Assembly: GCF_006345805.1 (NCBI RefSeq) | Contig: NC_043012.1 | Coordinates: forward strand, 12,710,001 to 12,774,000 | Direction of reading: 5' to 3' | DNA from: Octopus sinensis | Lineage: Eukaryota | Length of the DNA: 64,000 nucleotides | Shown here: positions 13,536 through 25,842 of the stretch, piece by piece | Position numbering within the stretch: the first letter of the stretch is position 1 | How the letters are laid out: every line of letters starts with the position of its first letter | Made by a program: the position numbers and the translations under genes | The notes under the pieces: generated by a model | Seen by the model: the letters and a program-made list of their open reading frames with translations, nothing else | Database searches by the model: none | What the model was told of the DNA's origin: nothing

Positions 13536-14269
13536 CATTGTTTTACTGAAATATAGTTATATATTCGAACAAGAAAGCATTATTTGAATAAAGTCACAAA
13601 ATTTGGAATTAATATAATACCTTTTACCTTTGTACATATTTTTATCCAAACTTTTACACATGCTTCGAAATTTAAGGGCTACACCGAAAATGAGGATGCC
13701 AACTGAAACGATATACTAATTAAATTCTGTGAGTAAGAATATGTGCCATTCCCATAGTGCTATCATACAGTATGTTTGGCTACAGAAGGGAGGACTCCAT
13801 TGATAACCACAGATCTAATCCTATCTAACAAGGACAAACCACAAATGATTTCAGTGAGAGCAAGAGAAACAGAAAGAGAGAAAGTGGGAGAAAGGGAGTG
13901 TGTATGCAATGAAAAGAAGGAGTATTAACCTGTATATGATTTCTCAACCACGAAGTGATAAGTGGCAAGTTCAAATCTACAGTAGCTGAGCTCATTTTTT
14001 TCTTTCTGTGTGCGAACAATTTGACTCACGAAGCATGCGTGATGAGATTTTTAAATATACAGAATCAATTTGTATTTACCCTCTCCTATATCTACGTTCG
14101 TTTATATAGTTGAAATACATATTTGACTTTATTAGCTACAAAAAAGAAAAGACTCAAACAATCATACATTGGAATTACGAGAATTGGAATTACGAGAATG
14201 CAATGCTTTTCCAAATACGAATGTTACAAATGTTACAATCAACTAATAGTCACAAATTTGCTTGCGTAG

Positions 14270-14760
14270 TCAACTAACTAAAAATATTGACAACTTACAG
14301 CGCTGTTTTGAGAGCCAGTTTACTAATAGCCTACAAAGGTACCTTCCATCGGTTATAGTTCGATCGCATTTCCTTTTGTTTTCTCCTGTGACAATTTTTT
14401 ATGTTCTTTTTCGTGGATGTGATAGCCAAAATTGTTGTTGTGAAGGGGCAAATATTCTCTTGTAATTGTAGTAGTAGAATTTACCAGTGCCGACTTCTTT
14501 GTAATGACACTAAGTTTGGAGTCGGAAGCAGCGGCACATGGTCAAGCACGCTTTTACTCTCCCCAGAACGACTTGAGGCTAAAAATGTAGTATTTGGGTT
14601 TCCTTCCCCACACAACTTGCACCCGACCCTAGTTTCCCAATATGATGTCTGTTTTCAAGTCCTAGTGCTTCCTCGTGCTAACATGTGGTGTTGTGTATTC
14701 TTCGTTTATAATTTCCGGGGATTCCTACGCCAGTGTTACTTTAATGACGTGTGCTACTCT
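14270..14760 (-). mobile_element. Degenerate Penelope-like element fragment, probable GIY-YIG endonuclease region
   Basis: Minus frames give GCKLCGEGNPN..., ACLT..., KEVGTGKFYYYNYKRIF, ...KQRCKL, resembling the CxxxGxCL / KxYIG / RCxLC layout of PLE endonucleases; heavily frameshifted. Confidence 0.5.
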
Positions 14761-14767
14761 CTCACTC

Positions 14768-15562
14768 AATAATAATAATAAATATGATTTCATATTTTGG
14801 CACAAGGCCAGCAATTTCAGAAGAAGAGGTAAATCGATTACATCACATCATGTATTCAACTGGCACATATTTTATCGACTCCAAAAGTATGAAAGACAAA
14901 ATTCGCCAATTCGGCATTTGAACACGGAACGTAAAGTCTGAGAAAATGCCGCTAAGCATCATATTGCGCGTGCTAAATATTCTGCCAGCTCACCGCATTA
15001 ATAATAATAATAAATAGATTGACCCCAGTATTCAACAAGTACTTATTTCATCGACCCCGAAAGGATGAAAGGCAAATTTGAACTCGGCGGAATTTGAACT
15101 TAGAAAGACAGAGGAAATGCCGCTAAGCTAACCGTTCAGCCAGCTCCACGCCTTAATAATAATAATCATTTCTATTAAAGGTATAAGGCCTGGAATTGTG
15201 TGGGAGGGGACTAGTCGTTTACATCGACCCCAGTGTTTCAATGGTTCGCAATTTATCGACCCCGAAAGGATGAGAGGGAAAGCTCAGATCCTAGCGAAAT
15301 TCCGCTAAACATTTCGTCCAGCGTGCTAACGATTCTGCCAGCTCACCACCTTAATTAATAATCATGATTGAGAAGAGAAAAAAAGCAAAGTAAAAAAAAA
15401 AATGATACTAATGATAATCCTTTCTACTGTAGACATATGGCCTCTAATTTGGTGGGCGTAGACTGGATGATTACATCAACTCTAGTTTTCAACTGGTACT
15501 TATTTTATATACCCCATACGGATGAAATGTAAAGTGCGCGTCGGCGGATTTTGAACTCGAAT
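14768..15562 (-). mobile_element. Four tandem copies of SINE family B, same orientation
   Basis: Repeated (taa)n tail, cgaccccgaaaggatgaaaggcaaa, ggcggaatttgaact, attctgccagctca at about 14768-14995, 15000-15160, 15160-15352 and 15410-15562. Confidence 0.85.
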
Positions 15563-15828
15563 GTTATTCGCTGTGGTAAGGAATCAGGGAATCTATCACT
15601 CTATAATCTTGAAATTAAGCACTTGTCTAGTAGTTTAAACAGGTTAGACTTTCCGAGGCAAGAAATCAGAACGTAACTAATCGTATCTAATTACCTCTGA
15701 ATAAGTTTTCGGACCTGATTATGATTCTTGATGTCCGAATAATAACTTACGTGAACCAATACTACAGTATGTGAATGACTCGGGAGGTCTTAAATTCTAA
15801 ATTAAAGAGAATTAAGTTTATTCTTTAT

Positions 15829-15960
15829 TTTTCGATTGTTTCAGTTATTCGGATGTGAGAATGCCGGGCCAACTTCACAATGGTGTAAGTCGAAAAAATC
15901 CATTCCAAGAACTTAGACTTTAGAAAAACTCAATCCAAGAACTTAGACTTCCGCCGAACT
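15829..15960 (-). mobile_element. Old SINE family A 3' end
   Basis: gattgtttcagttattcggatgtgagaatgccgggcc...gtcgaaaaaatccattccaagaactta is a diverged family A tail. Confidence 0.6.
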
Positions 15961-16087
15961 GCTGAATTGTGGGGCAGTAAAAAAGACAAAATGTAGTGGT
16001 CAACCCGTTGGGTTGTGTAACAAATAACAAATGCAAACACGAAGACGTGCACACATATACATATGTATATGTGGGCGTGCGTGAGTG

Positions 16088-16128
<41 letters not shown>

Positions 16129-16689
16129 CATGAATTATATATCTATGTATGTATATGCATGTATATGTATGTATATACATATTTATATATGTAGATATAT
16201 ATATGTTTACATAGGAATTATATATGTATGTATATATATATTTACATATGTATGTATATACCTATATATATATATATACACACACATATATATATATAGA
16301 TATGCATATATACATATGTATGTTTGCAAGTATATGTGTGTGTGTGTATTTGTATGTGTCTGGGCGCGCATGTGTGTGTAATCGCACCGTTGCACATTAT
16401 CAGAATTTTCCGAATTCTATCCAATATAACAAACTACTCGTTCTTTGCTTATGGGAATAACTGAGATCAAGATAGACAGACTTCTTTGTACTGATGTCAA
16501 TTTGTATTAGTTATGACAATGCAGTCAATGCAAAAACTAATATTTTGAATTCCACTTCATTCTTACAAATGTACACATACATTCATATATACGTACGTAA
16601 ACATATACATACATGCATTCAGCCAACCATTTATCAATACATGCATACATACATACATACATACATACATACATACATACATACATACA

Positions 16690-16721
<32 letters not shown>

Positions 16722-16785
16722 CTTTATAAAACGTCCTAGAGACTTCACACTGCCTTGGCTTTGTTGTCTCATTTTATTTAACCTA

Positions 16786-16843
<58 letters not shown>

Positions 16844-17689
16844 TAGACATATATGTATATTATACACATGTATGTATATTTGTATATACACACATACACA
16901 TATATGTGTGCGTGTAAATACATATAAATATATAGATACTTACATACATACATACGACGCGTTTCCACTCTGTTTTCGTGAATGCAATTAAATCACAAAC
17001 CATACGGATTGAATTACAAAACCACGGATTGTAGCTGAAGGCAATAGACTTAGGCGTTGCACGGTAAGACTGAACGTGAAATCTCTGTATTGGAAGAAAT
17101 CAGAGTCATGCACACAGACATTATTGCAATTCAAGCAATCAAAATATTTTATCTATTCGAATTATTCTAAAAAGAAAATAATTGCTTGTGCCGATGGCTG
17201 ATCAATAGGAGTGAGTCGGGGGATAACCTATTGATCAGTTTTAATATATTTTTCAGTATTTTTGAGTCACCGATGTGATTAATTACATAAATATTATTCT
17301 GCAATATTTACATTCCCTATATTTAATCGAAGCGATTTTCTATTGACAAGTAAAGATAATGTCAACAGATACTCCACAATCAAAATATATCTAAGTTTTG
17401 CTCTACAGCTATATTACATGTAGTTCTCATTAAATTTCTTTGCGTACTTCCATTTATTATTTCCTTTTAACTTGAAATAAAATGTTAGTGTGCAGTTCTT
17501 GGATAATCCGAAATAAATCGATAATAGCGTTGTTTGAAGAAATTTGAAATAATCTTAGATGGTTGCACACATATGCACACCTTTGCATATCTTCACACGT
17601 GTATATATTTGCTATTATATATGTTAGCAGTAATGAAAAGCAATGGCAATCAACATAAAATATACCGCAACTATATTTATTAATTTAAA

Positions 17690-18125
17690 ATATAATCTTC
17701 ATCGTTAGCCATTTTAGCGATTTCTTAGAAAAAACAGAAACAGGTTCTTTAGATGAATAAAACGTTTGGATTGTCGTTTTCACATTATCCTAACTTCTCA
17801 GTGTTTTATTCTTGGTAAATAGGTAATGTGACCTGAATGAGTAAAAATTTGAGGCTGCTAGGTCTAGTGAAAGGGGACGGTGATGCAGATCTCCCCATTC
17901 CAAAGAATTTATCTTTTCCTGGGCTAAATTTGCTGAATGTATCTTTGCATTGTCATTTGGCATGATAACATCCTTTCAGCACAAGAGGTACTAATTCACT
18001 GTCTCACTGCATTTTCCCAATCTGTTTAATATGATCTTGCACAATGGAGCAAGTTTTATTTAACCTCAGCGTAAATCCTCGTTTAATTGCTGTTTTCACT
18101 GCATCGTTATTGAGAATAGTTGATC
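17690..18125 (-). mobile_element. Internally deleted mariner fragment
   Basis: Minus frames give NNDAVKTAI, VQDHIKQIGKM, HSANLAQEKINSLEWGDLHHRPLSLDLAASNFYSFRS (HPPYSPDLAPSDYHLF-like). Confidence 0.8.
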
Positions 18126-19149
18126 TACACTCCAAAGATATGTATGTGTATGTGCGTCTGTGTGTGTGTGTGTGTACATGCGTCGAGCGTGCGCATGCGT
18201 ATGCGTGTATTACTATGAGTTCGTGTACGGTTATGGTGCTTGGATCAGAAATGGCAACTGTATACCGATGTCAAAAATGGGCTATTCTTAATGCGGTGAT
18301 TGTTTAAGGAATTCCTTTTTGAAATTGTAAATTGAGTTGATACCAAGGGTCAGAGAGTAAACATTTAATAAACTTATGAGCGTCTATACGCACTCTTCCA
18401 ATGATGCCAAAAAAGATATAGATTCAGGCTAGTATAAGCCTGGAACTATATAACGATTGACATCTGTAGATTTGCAGAGTAGTTTATAGTAAGTTGGGTT
18501 TTTTTATATACTTCCAATATTTTGGCTACGAAAAAACAAACATCTGTTGAACAATCAGGCACTTTTGTCAGACATCAAGAGCCATATGTACAGAATATTT
18601 ACTTTTTTTGATTTCTGCAGGTCTTCCATAATTTATGAATTATTTTTAACAAAAAATTGAGACTAGAGTAATACTAGAGTAAAGCTGGGAATTTCGTACA
18701 TTAAAGTTTCACAAGCATTGCCCTGTGAGCTGTGCTTTATATGAACTGTCCTATGAGCTAAAAATTTGCAGAATTGAAAAACAAAGCAATTGGTGGGAAA
18801 ATGAAGTGGTTAGATAGTGTGCACAAAACAGTTGTCCCTATGTGGGGAGAAAGTGCACTGTCTGTAGTGGCATCACTGCACAATGGATTGCGTAGTGGAT
18901 ATTTAGCAGAAATTCGTTCAGTCTAATTTGATTAAATAGTGCATATGTGAAAAGTAGAAAGAAAACATGAATAAAAAAAAGAGGAGAAAAAAAGTCAAAA
19001 AGCTTAACGGAAAGACATTTTATGACAAATTTGGCATTTCACGTTTTGAGTATTGAGATTTGGTGGGGAAGAGATTTCTTCGGCAGAAATTTTTCGGGGG
19101 AGAAAGATTTCAGGGAAACCTTTGCTAGGACCACATTATGCCCAAATAT

Positions 19150-19400
19150 GCAAATTAGGTCCTAGATCTGAATTTTGAGTAATTTTTGAGCACCATTAAT
19201 TACCAGAACCTTCTTACTAATACCTTGCCAACGAGCCCTCAAACACTATCAGGGGATAATGCTCCGTCAAGGTATGTCCAAATCACCACGGAATCAACTA
19301 TTCAGAGAAATTTATAAGATCGAAATTCGCCATGATACCAACGTCTGTCTCTTTTCCATTACATCCAAAATAGTATGTTTAGCCTGTTACATCTTCTTAC
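19150..19400 (+). mobile_element. Possible Tc1-like transposase remnant
   Basis: INYQNLLTNTLP...GDNAPS resembles the Tc1 second-Asp region (QDNAP); short and degraded. Confidence 0.3.
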
Positions 19401-19549
19401 TAAAGTCCTGAAAGGATGGAAAATAAATGAAAACAGCTTTTTTGCTATAGGTTATCCTTCTAATTATTGTGCTGGGTCATGTGGTACTCCCACTGTGACT
19501 CGAGACTTCATACTCTACACGTAAATAATGAAGTTTACGAACACAACAG

Positions 19550-19567
19550 GTTGGCGACATCAAGGAG
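19550..19567 (+). CDS. Candidate 18-nt micro-exon (VGDIKE)
   Basis: cacaacag|GTTGGCGACATCAAGGAG|gtatgt; strong donor, weak polypyrimidine tract. Confidence 0.22.
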
Positions 19568-19660
19568 GTATGTTTCTTCTATATGTGGATTTCTGATGTT
19601 CATCAATATAAGCACGCGTCTCGAAGAAAGCCGACAGAAATTATTTAAAAAATTCCGTTA

Positions 19661-19721
19661 TTGTCATATCGGAGCCGATTTCAGACTTAATTCATAAGAA
19701 CCTTCTCTTCGTCAGCGATAA
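19661..19721 (-). ncRNA. Type I hammerhead ribozyme, slightly degraded inverted copy
   Basis: Minus strand: ttatcg CTGACGA agag...gtct GAAA tcgg ct ccga TA tgacaa; core intact, one mismatch each in stems I and II. Confidence 0.65.
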
Positions 19722-20028
19722 ATGCGGCAATGAAATAAATGAAATACTTACTTATACCCATGGAATATATTTGGGGTACTTAATTGTGCTCATGGCTTAG
19801 TGATTGCTTTTGAAGAAAAATGTTATCCTATATTAGATGTAAATTTAATAGTGTTCACTTCCGGACTCTCTCACTCAATAAGAGTTTTCAGTTCGAATCG
19901 CACGTGCCTCGAGGTGTGCTGGAGAATTTCTATTTTGGATGTATTTGGGGTACTTAATTGTGCTCATGATTTAGTGTTTGCTTCGTCCATGGGTATAAGT
20001 AAGTATTTCATTTATTTCTTTGCCGCAT

Positions 20029-20089
20029 TTATCACTGACGAAGAGAAGGCTCTTATGAATTAACTCTGAAATCGGGTCCGATATGATAA
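20029..20089 (+). ncRNA. Type I hammerhead ribozyme
   Basis: ttatca CTGACGA AGAG(18-nt loop)CTCT GAAA TCGG gt CCGA TA tgataa: canonical CUGANGA and GAAA core, three pairing stems, predicted cleavage after AUA at 20083. Confidence 0.85.
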
Positions 20090-20312
20090 TAACGGGATTT
20101 TTTAGTAATTTCTGTCGGCTTTCTTCGAGACGCGTGCTTATAGTGATGAATTATATGGTTATTGACGATGTGTCTGTTTTCGGCATATTTGGCATTAAAT
20201 TTTTTTGCTTTTGCCTTTGTTTATAAGTTGTTTATAAATTTAACCTTTAAAGGTATTTTTTAATATGCTGGCTATTGATAGAATTTTTTTCGAAAATGTT
20301 ATCCTATATTAG

Positions 20313-20356
<44 letters not shown>

Positions 20357-20743
20357 TGGAAATTGCATAATAGTAAATTTGAGTCGTGTCGCGTGAAAAA
20401 ATATTCACCCTCTGTAAACTGTAGCCATACGTGTGTTTGTGCGTGTGTATATACGCTTATGTCTGTGCTATTGTGTGTGTGTGTCTGCGTGTGTGTGTGC
20501 ATGCCATTAATTCCTTAATATGAGTGAATGCAATGTAACATAAAATTTAACAGATAATTCTTTCTTTTTTTTCATCACGCCGTGAGCGGAAAGTGTTTCT
20601 AAGACACATTTTTTTAATACATAAGATGGAGTAAACATCCTTAGTTCACAGAAGTATTATTTGCTCATAGCGATACGTACATTGTAATTTACGAGCAGTG
20701 CACGCACCGAAAAAAGTGTTAATTATACATATATACGACGAGT

Positions 20744-20975
20744 TCATGTCAATCGAAGGTGAGGGGCTTTCTCCATCCAGGTTGCGGAACCGTGGAATAA
20801 GCTGCCGGACGAGATAGTGAAGATGCCGACGACCGCTCGGTTCAAAGTGTCACTTGACCAGAAATGGCCTGAACTCTTTGTATGACCACCCTCCCTGTAC
20901 ATAACTCCCTGTCCCCTACATGGCCTTCCTTTTGCTTTTTGAGCCAATAAAAATTGAATTGAATTCAATTCAATA
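20744..20975 (+). mobile_element. 5'-truncated CR1-type LINE 3' end
   Basis: Reads RGFLHPG / FSIQVAEPWNKLPDEIVKMPTTARFKVSLDQKWPELFV*, typical of the CR1 ORF2 C-terminus, followed by 3' UTR, AATAAA and (aattg)n tail. Confidence 0.8.
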
Positions 20976-21635
20976 AATTAAGAGGGGAAAGATTCTATAT
21001 AGTTTTTAGGGTTATATCAGGTGATTGGTAAAAACATTCCTGTATACTAATTCTATATAACATACAGATAGATAAACTATCTTTAAAATAAGTATTTGAT
21101 GTTTCTGGTATTCGATCTACTTTATCTTTTTATCATCATCGTAGCATTTCCTTTACATTCATTGGCCGTCTTTTATTGCTGTTACTGTTTTTCTTTCTTC
21201 ACGATGCTTTTTGCTTTGTAATATTTACAATTTCTTCTGCGATTCTTGCCTATAAACATCGGGGTAAAAAGAGAAAGAAAACATTCCACATAATTTGTTG
21301 AATTATTAATCAGGCTCTCGTGTGAAACAAATTTACAATAAGTTTTTTCTAATTACGCTGCCAAATTATACTATTATAACTTGCAACATATTTTGATGGA
21401 GTGTCAAAGTAAGATGAAATTTTTCACATATACGTTTTCTACTCTTACCTCTCTCTCTATCTCCTTCTCTCTCTATCTCCCTCTCTCTCTCCACACTCTG
21501 CCTCTTACGTATTTCCATATTCGCTCTCTTCAATTCCATATTAAATTACGCTTTCATTGTGTGTATAGATATACACACATACACATATGTATGTATATAT
21601 AACTATATATATATGCATACATATGTATATATATG

Positions 21636-21701
<66 letters not shown>

Positions 21702-21702
21702 G

Positions 21703-21757
<55 letters not shown>

Positions 21758-22079
21758 GTCCATGTATTCGTTTCCCGTGCGTGTGTGTGTGTGTTCATTT
21801 TTCATCTTGTCTCTGGTATTTTTGTTAGCAAACGAAATTTACGCAACTGTAGTGTTATAAGAGATGGAAAGTAGTTATTTCTTCCAATGAATTTGTGTTT
21901 TAAATGATCTCGAAAGCAATAACGACCTGTAAAAGATGTAAATTTTAATTATAATCAACAACACCATAAATAATCACTAATGATTACACAAAAAAGATAA
22001 ACAGCATGTGTTAGCTCATCAGACATTTAACCAGGGGAGGCATAACATAAGCCGTTATATATATATATATATAATATAT

Positions 22080-22169
<90 letters not shown>

Positions 22170-22185
22170 GCTTGTGTGTGTGAAG

Positions 22186-22290
22186 GTGCGTGGCTTCGTC
22201 ATTACGGTGTCAGCCTCACGATCGTATGATTGTGGTTTCGATTCCTGGACCAGGCGATGATTGTGCGTTTCGATTCCTGGACCGGGCGAC
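22186..22290 (+). mobile_element. SINE family C tRNA-like head with short internal duplication
   Basis: ggtgcgtggctt...ctcacgatcgtatgattgtggtttcgattcctggacc, with tttcgattcctggacc repeated. Confidence 0.7.
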
Positions 22291-22309
22291 GAGGGCTAAC
22301 TTCTCTTGG

Positions 22310-23480
22310 GCTTCTTTTTTAAGGTACATCATACAAAAACTCCAGTGTTCGTTTTCTTGGATTTAGAAACAGAGGTCAATAATTCTCTTATATTCTTATA
22401 CTGCCTAAAGCATACAATAGGCAGCTGAGGAAATATATGTTTCAAAGGAGGATATTTTTTCGCCATATGCTAGTAACTTTTATAGAATACTTTTGAAATA
22501 CCAGCGAAATTTCGGTCGCAGTTAATCATCAATGGAATTCTGTCATCTACTGTATGGTGTTTGTTAAAATTATGCGTGAAGGTTTGCCTATCTTTGCTAA
22601 TCTTAGCTATTTCATTTGCCATTTCCTTTAATCGTGATTTACTATAAACGCGTTTGACATAAGGATGTACGTAAATATTTGCATGTTTCCAGTAATTCCT
22701 TATGTCAGTACAAATCTGTTTTATCCTTAGAAATTGGGATTTCGGATTTGACCGATTTATATTATGTTGATGATCAAGCGGCGGTGGAGATAAATGTGGG
22801 ATGACGTGAAGCTTGCAAAATAACTCTGTTACTATTCTGCCTCCAGAAAACTTAAATTTTGTGTCCAAAATTTCAACGCTAGTTTTTTTAAAAAACTAGA
22901 CGTAAATTTTGTATTGAACTTAAAGCCACAGTTTTTAGAAGAACAGTCACAGAAATGCAAGAATTCAATTAAATTACCCCGTGAATCTTCCCAGACGAAA
23001 AAGACGTCACCAAGGAACCGTAACGAAAGTATTAGTTCATAACCATGAATAAATTTGAATATATTCAGTAACCGTGTCTCGAATATCGTCATGAAGATAT
23101 TAGCGAGATCAACTGCTATGGAAGTAACCTTGGCGCAACCGCATACCTGGTAGTAAAATCTGTGTTCAATCTTCATTGTGATAATTTGTAACACAAATCT
23201 CAATAATCTACAGAGAAAATTTAGTGGAATACATTTGTTTGACCGCTTTTCGTAGGCATCCATGAATGCTTCTATGCCTTCATCGCGGTCAATATTGGGA
23301 TCTACGGAAGAAACATCCACAGTTACCAAAGAAAACTTCTTGACATAGTCTCGCTGCTTATAAAGCTGTTGATGTTAGACATAAAATCAAAAGTATGCTG
23401 AATAAAGGAACCTCATTTTTGGCGACAGGGAGTAGAAAGCCATCTATCCATTTCGAAATCTTGGATGTACGTGGTAGAAT
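22310..23480 (-). mobile_element. Penelope-like element reverse transcriptase and thumb region, degenerate
   Basis: LVTVDVSSVDPNIDRDEGIEA, FYYQVCGCAKVTSIAVDLANIFM, LRFLGDVFFVW (RYIDD motif decayed), PKSQFLRIKQICTD: PLE RT motifs with frameshifts. Confidence 0.88.
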
Positions 23481-23933
23481 GCACGAAAAACAACTTGATT
23501 TATGTTGGTTGTACAACAGAACACTTTAAAAAAATAAGAATTAATAAACACAGTTATGATGTCAGGCACAATAACAGTCATTCAACAGAACTTACCTAAC
23601 ATTTTGCATCAAGCGGCAACAATTTGAAAAAGACCTGAAAATGCATATTCACAGGAAATTTTCTAAATCTGCTTCACTTTTCACTTCTCAAAGTGCATGC
23701 AAAGAAATATGCTTGCCGGTCATTAACATCACGCCACGGAGGAATGAAAAGAAGAATATAATCGAATTTATACAAAACAATTTGATTAAATATTCTTTTT
23801 TTTCCCCCGTTTCCTTTTTCCTTCCTCTATCATTCTCTCTATTTTCTTTCTTTTTCTTTTCGCCTGTTATAAAATTGAAACTTAAAGACTGATGCTGATG
23901 AGTCTTTTATTTCTGAGAGAGAGAGAGAGATAA

Positions 23934-24036
<103 letters not shown>

Positions 24037-24619
24037 GTTGTTATCCTGAGTTTTTGGAGGAAACCAAGTGATCAGGTTCCGAGAACACATGAGTTCTCAA
24101 TGAAGATCGTTACAAAGATATATTTTGGGGTCACGCTTCTGTATTTGCGTCATTTCCTCTCCTCTGCGTTACGAACAGCGATATACCGTTAGCGTGATAC
24201 GAATTTTATAGACTTTCATTGTATCTATGTTTGCTTCCGCTATCTCTTAACCACCACTGTCAGATTGTTTACGCCTCCGTAACTAAGTTGCTCGGCTAAA
24301 AGAAAAAGATGCGATGAGTATCAGGTAATAGAAAATAAGTTCTGTAGTCTTCAAGACTATGTCGCAACATAGATGCTCTCCAACGAATGAGAGATATAGA
24401 AGATACAGATGAAAGATATTTTCTTAAGTGAAATTAATTGACAGCACCACAACTCAGTCACTTATAATGAGAAAGTTTAATATACGCATTCTGCTCGTAT
24501 TAAAAGATATTCACATTATAATTTACTTGATTATTAAGTATTTTATGATTCTAGAATTTATTACAATTTATTATAAAAATAGTTTTAGAAATAATTATTA
24601 AAAATATTATAAACGTCAG

Positions 24620-24630
24620 AACTTGAAAGA
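24620..24630 (+). CDS. Candidate 11-nt micro-exon (NLK-D)
   Basis: aaacgtcag|AACTTGAAAGA|gtaagt; consensus donor, poor polypyrimidine tract. Confidence 0.22.
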
Positions 24631-24937
24631 GTAAGTTAATTCCAAAGAGATTTAAAGTCAATTTACTGAAGGATGTAACGAAATAATTTAAGCACTCTGT
24701 AGATTGTGCAAAGTAGCAGATCAATTAACTTCACTACATTAAGTGATGACTAAAATGAATATATAAAAAAGAAATACTGAAATGAGTATCTACTTACTAA
24801 ATCTGATGGTACCCAAGCGTTGAGTAATAAGTAACACGAGTTGTGTATATATAAGTTCATTCAATATACATATCTAATTAGTGTTCTGTCATTGAGAGGC
24901 CAGAAATATACAAAATATTGGTCGTATAATCAATAAT

Positions 24938-24972
<35 letters not shown>

Positions 24973-25830
24973 CTAACTATGTATGTCAAGTTAGAAGTTT
25001 TCCATATTTATTTTATTTTATTTACGAGTCCCTTCGCGAATTATTATTGGACCAACTTATTAAATATACTTCCTTGATCTCTCTGTAATTTTATCACATA
25101 TGATGCCTCTCGCACTAAACTACCCAATGCGTCTTTTCATTATGTAGCTTTTATGAGAATACTACGGACTTGTTTCGTTTCGTAGCTCGCTTGGATCAAC
25201 TACTTATCTACTTCCATGTAAGATCGTTTCATTTTGAAATGATATATCGTATTATCATGTAATATAACCAAGAAATGTGCCATCAAATATATTCTCCAGT
25301 TCATGTAATTTCCATCAACTATAGTTAAATAAATTTTGCACACACTGTAGCATATTAATTCGAACAGTTTGATAATAGCAATAACAAATGTTTATGTTTT
25401 CAATAATTTAGTACTTCTTTCAAGATAAGAACTGCCTGGTTATTGTATAATATCTGTGAGTCGAAATAAGAGCCCAAAGCATACATTCAACTCACATTTC
25501 TGTTGACGTTGATTATATTGGTTTCCCAATATATATTCTACATATACCAACTGTTACTGTTTTAAACCTATCTGCACAAAAAATATTTAGAAAGGAAATT
25601 GAAAGGTTGGTTCTATTTAGCAATGCAATAATATATAAATACATATGAATATATCTGTTGATGGTTATTTTATGTGAATATATTTGCTGATAGTTATTTT
25701 ACACAATACATTTGCAGAATGTATTCTATAGAATATATCTAGCAATGGTATATTACATAAAAGTAAACGAGTTAGTATCTATTCAACGATGATATCCATT
25801 ATATATGAGATTTTGCTTTAATTTACACAG

Positions 25831-25842
25831 TATATTTACAAG
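25831..25842 (+). CDS. Candidate 12-nt symmetric micro-exon (IFT-R in phase 2)
   Basis: ttttgctttaatttacacag|TATATTTACAAG|gtaagc; strong sites, upstream TGC motif. Confidence 0.4.

Larger units (their letters stand above)
19599..20318. mobile_element. Penelope-type LTR-like element with inverted arms (19599-19764 and 19986-20150) and internal direct repeats
   Basis: About 165 bp arms are near reverse complements; atttggggtacttaattgtgctcatg occurs at about 19767 and 19943; aaaatgttatcctatattagatgt at about 19815 and 20293; each arm carries a hammerhead motif. Confidence 0.8.

Noticed and set aside
14768-15562. Regularly spaced repeats superficially like a CRISPR array
   Set aside because: Units are 150-230 bp diverged SINE copies in eukaryotic DNA, with no short conserved repeat and unique spacer structure and no cas genes
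18360-18900. Cys-containing reading (CAQNSCPYVGRKCTVCS) suggestive of a piggyBac C-terminal domain
   Set aside because: Too short and degraded; no catalytic motifs identifiable
21145-21263. Possible transmembrane exon ISFTFIGRLLLLLLFFFLHDAFCFVIFTISSAILAYKHRG
   Set aside because: T-rich DNA translates as hydrophobic by default, charged residues interrupt the helix, and its phases do not fit the neighbouring candidates
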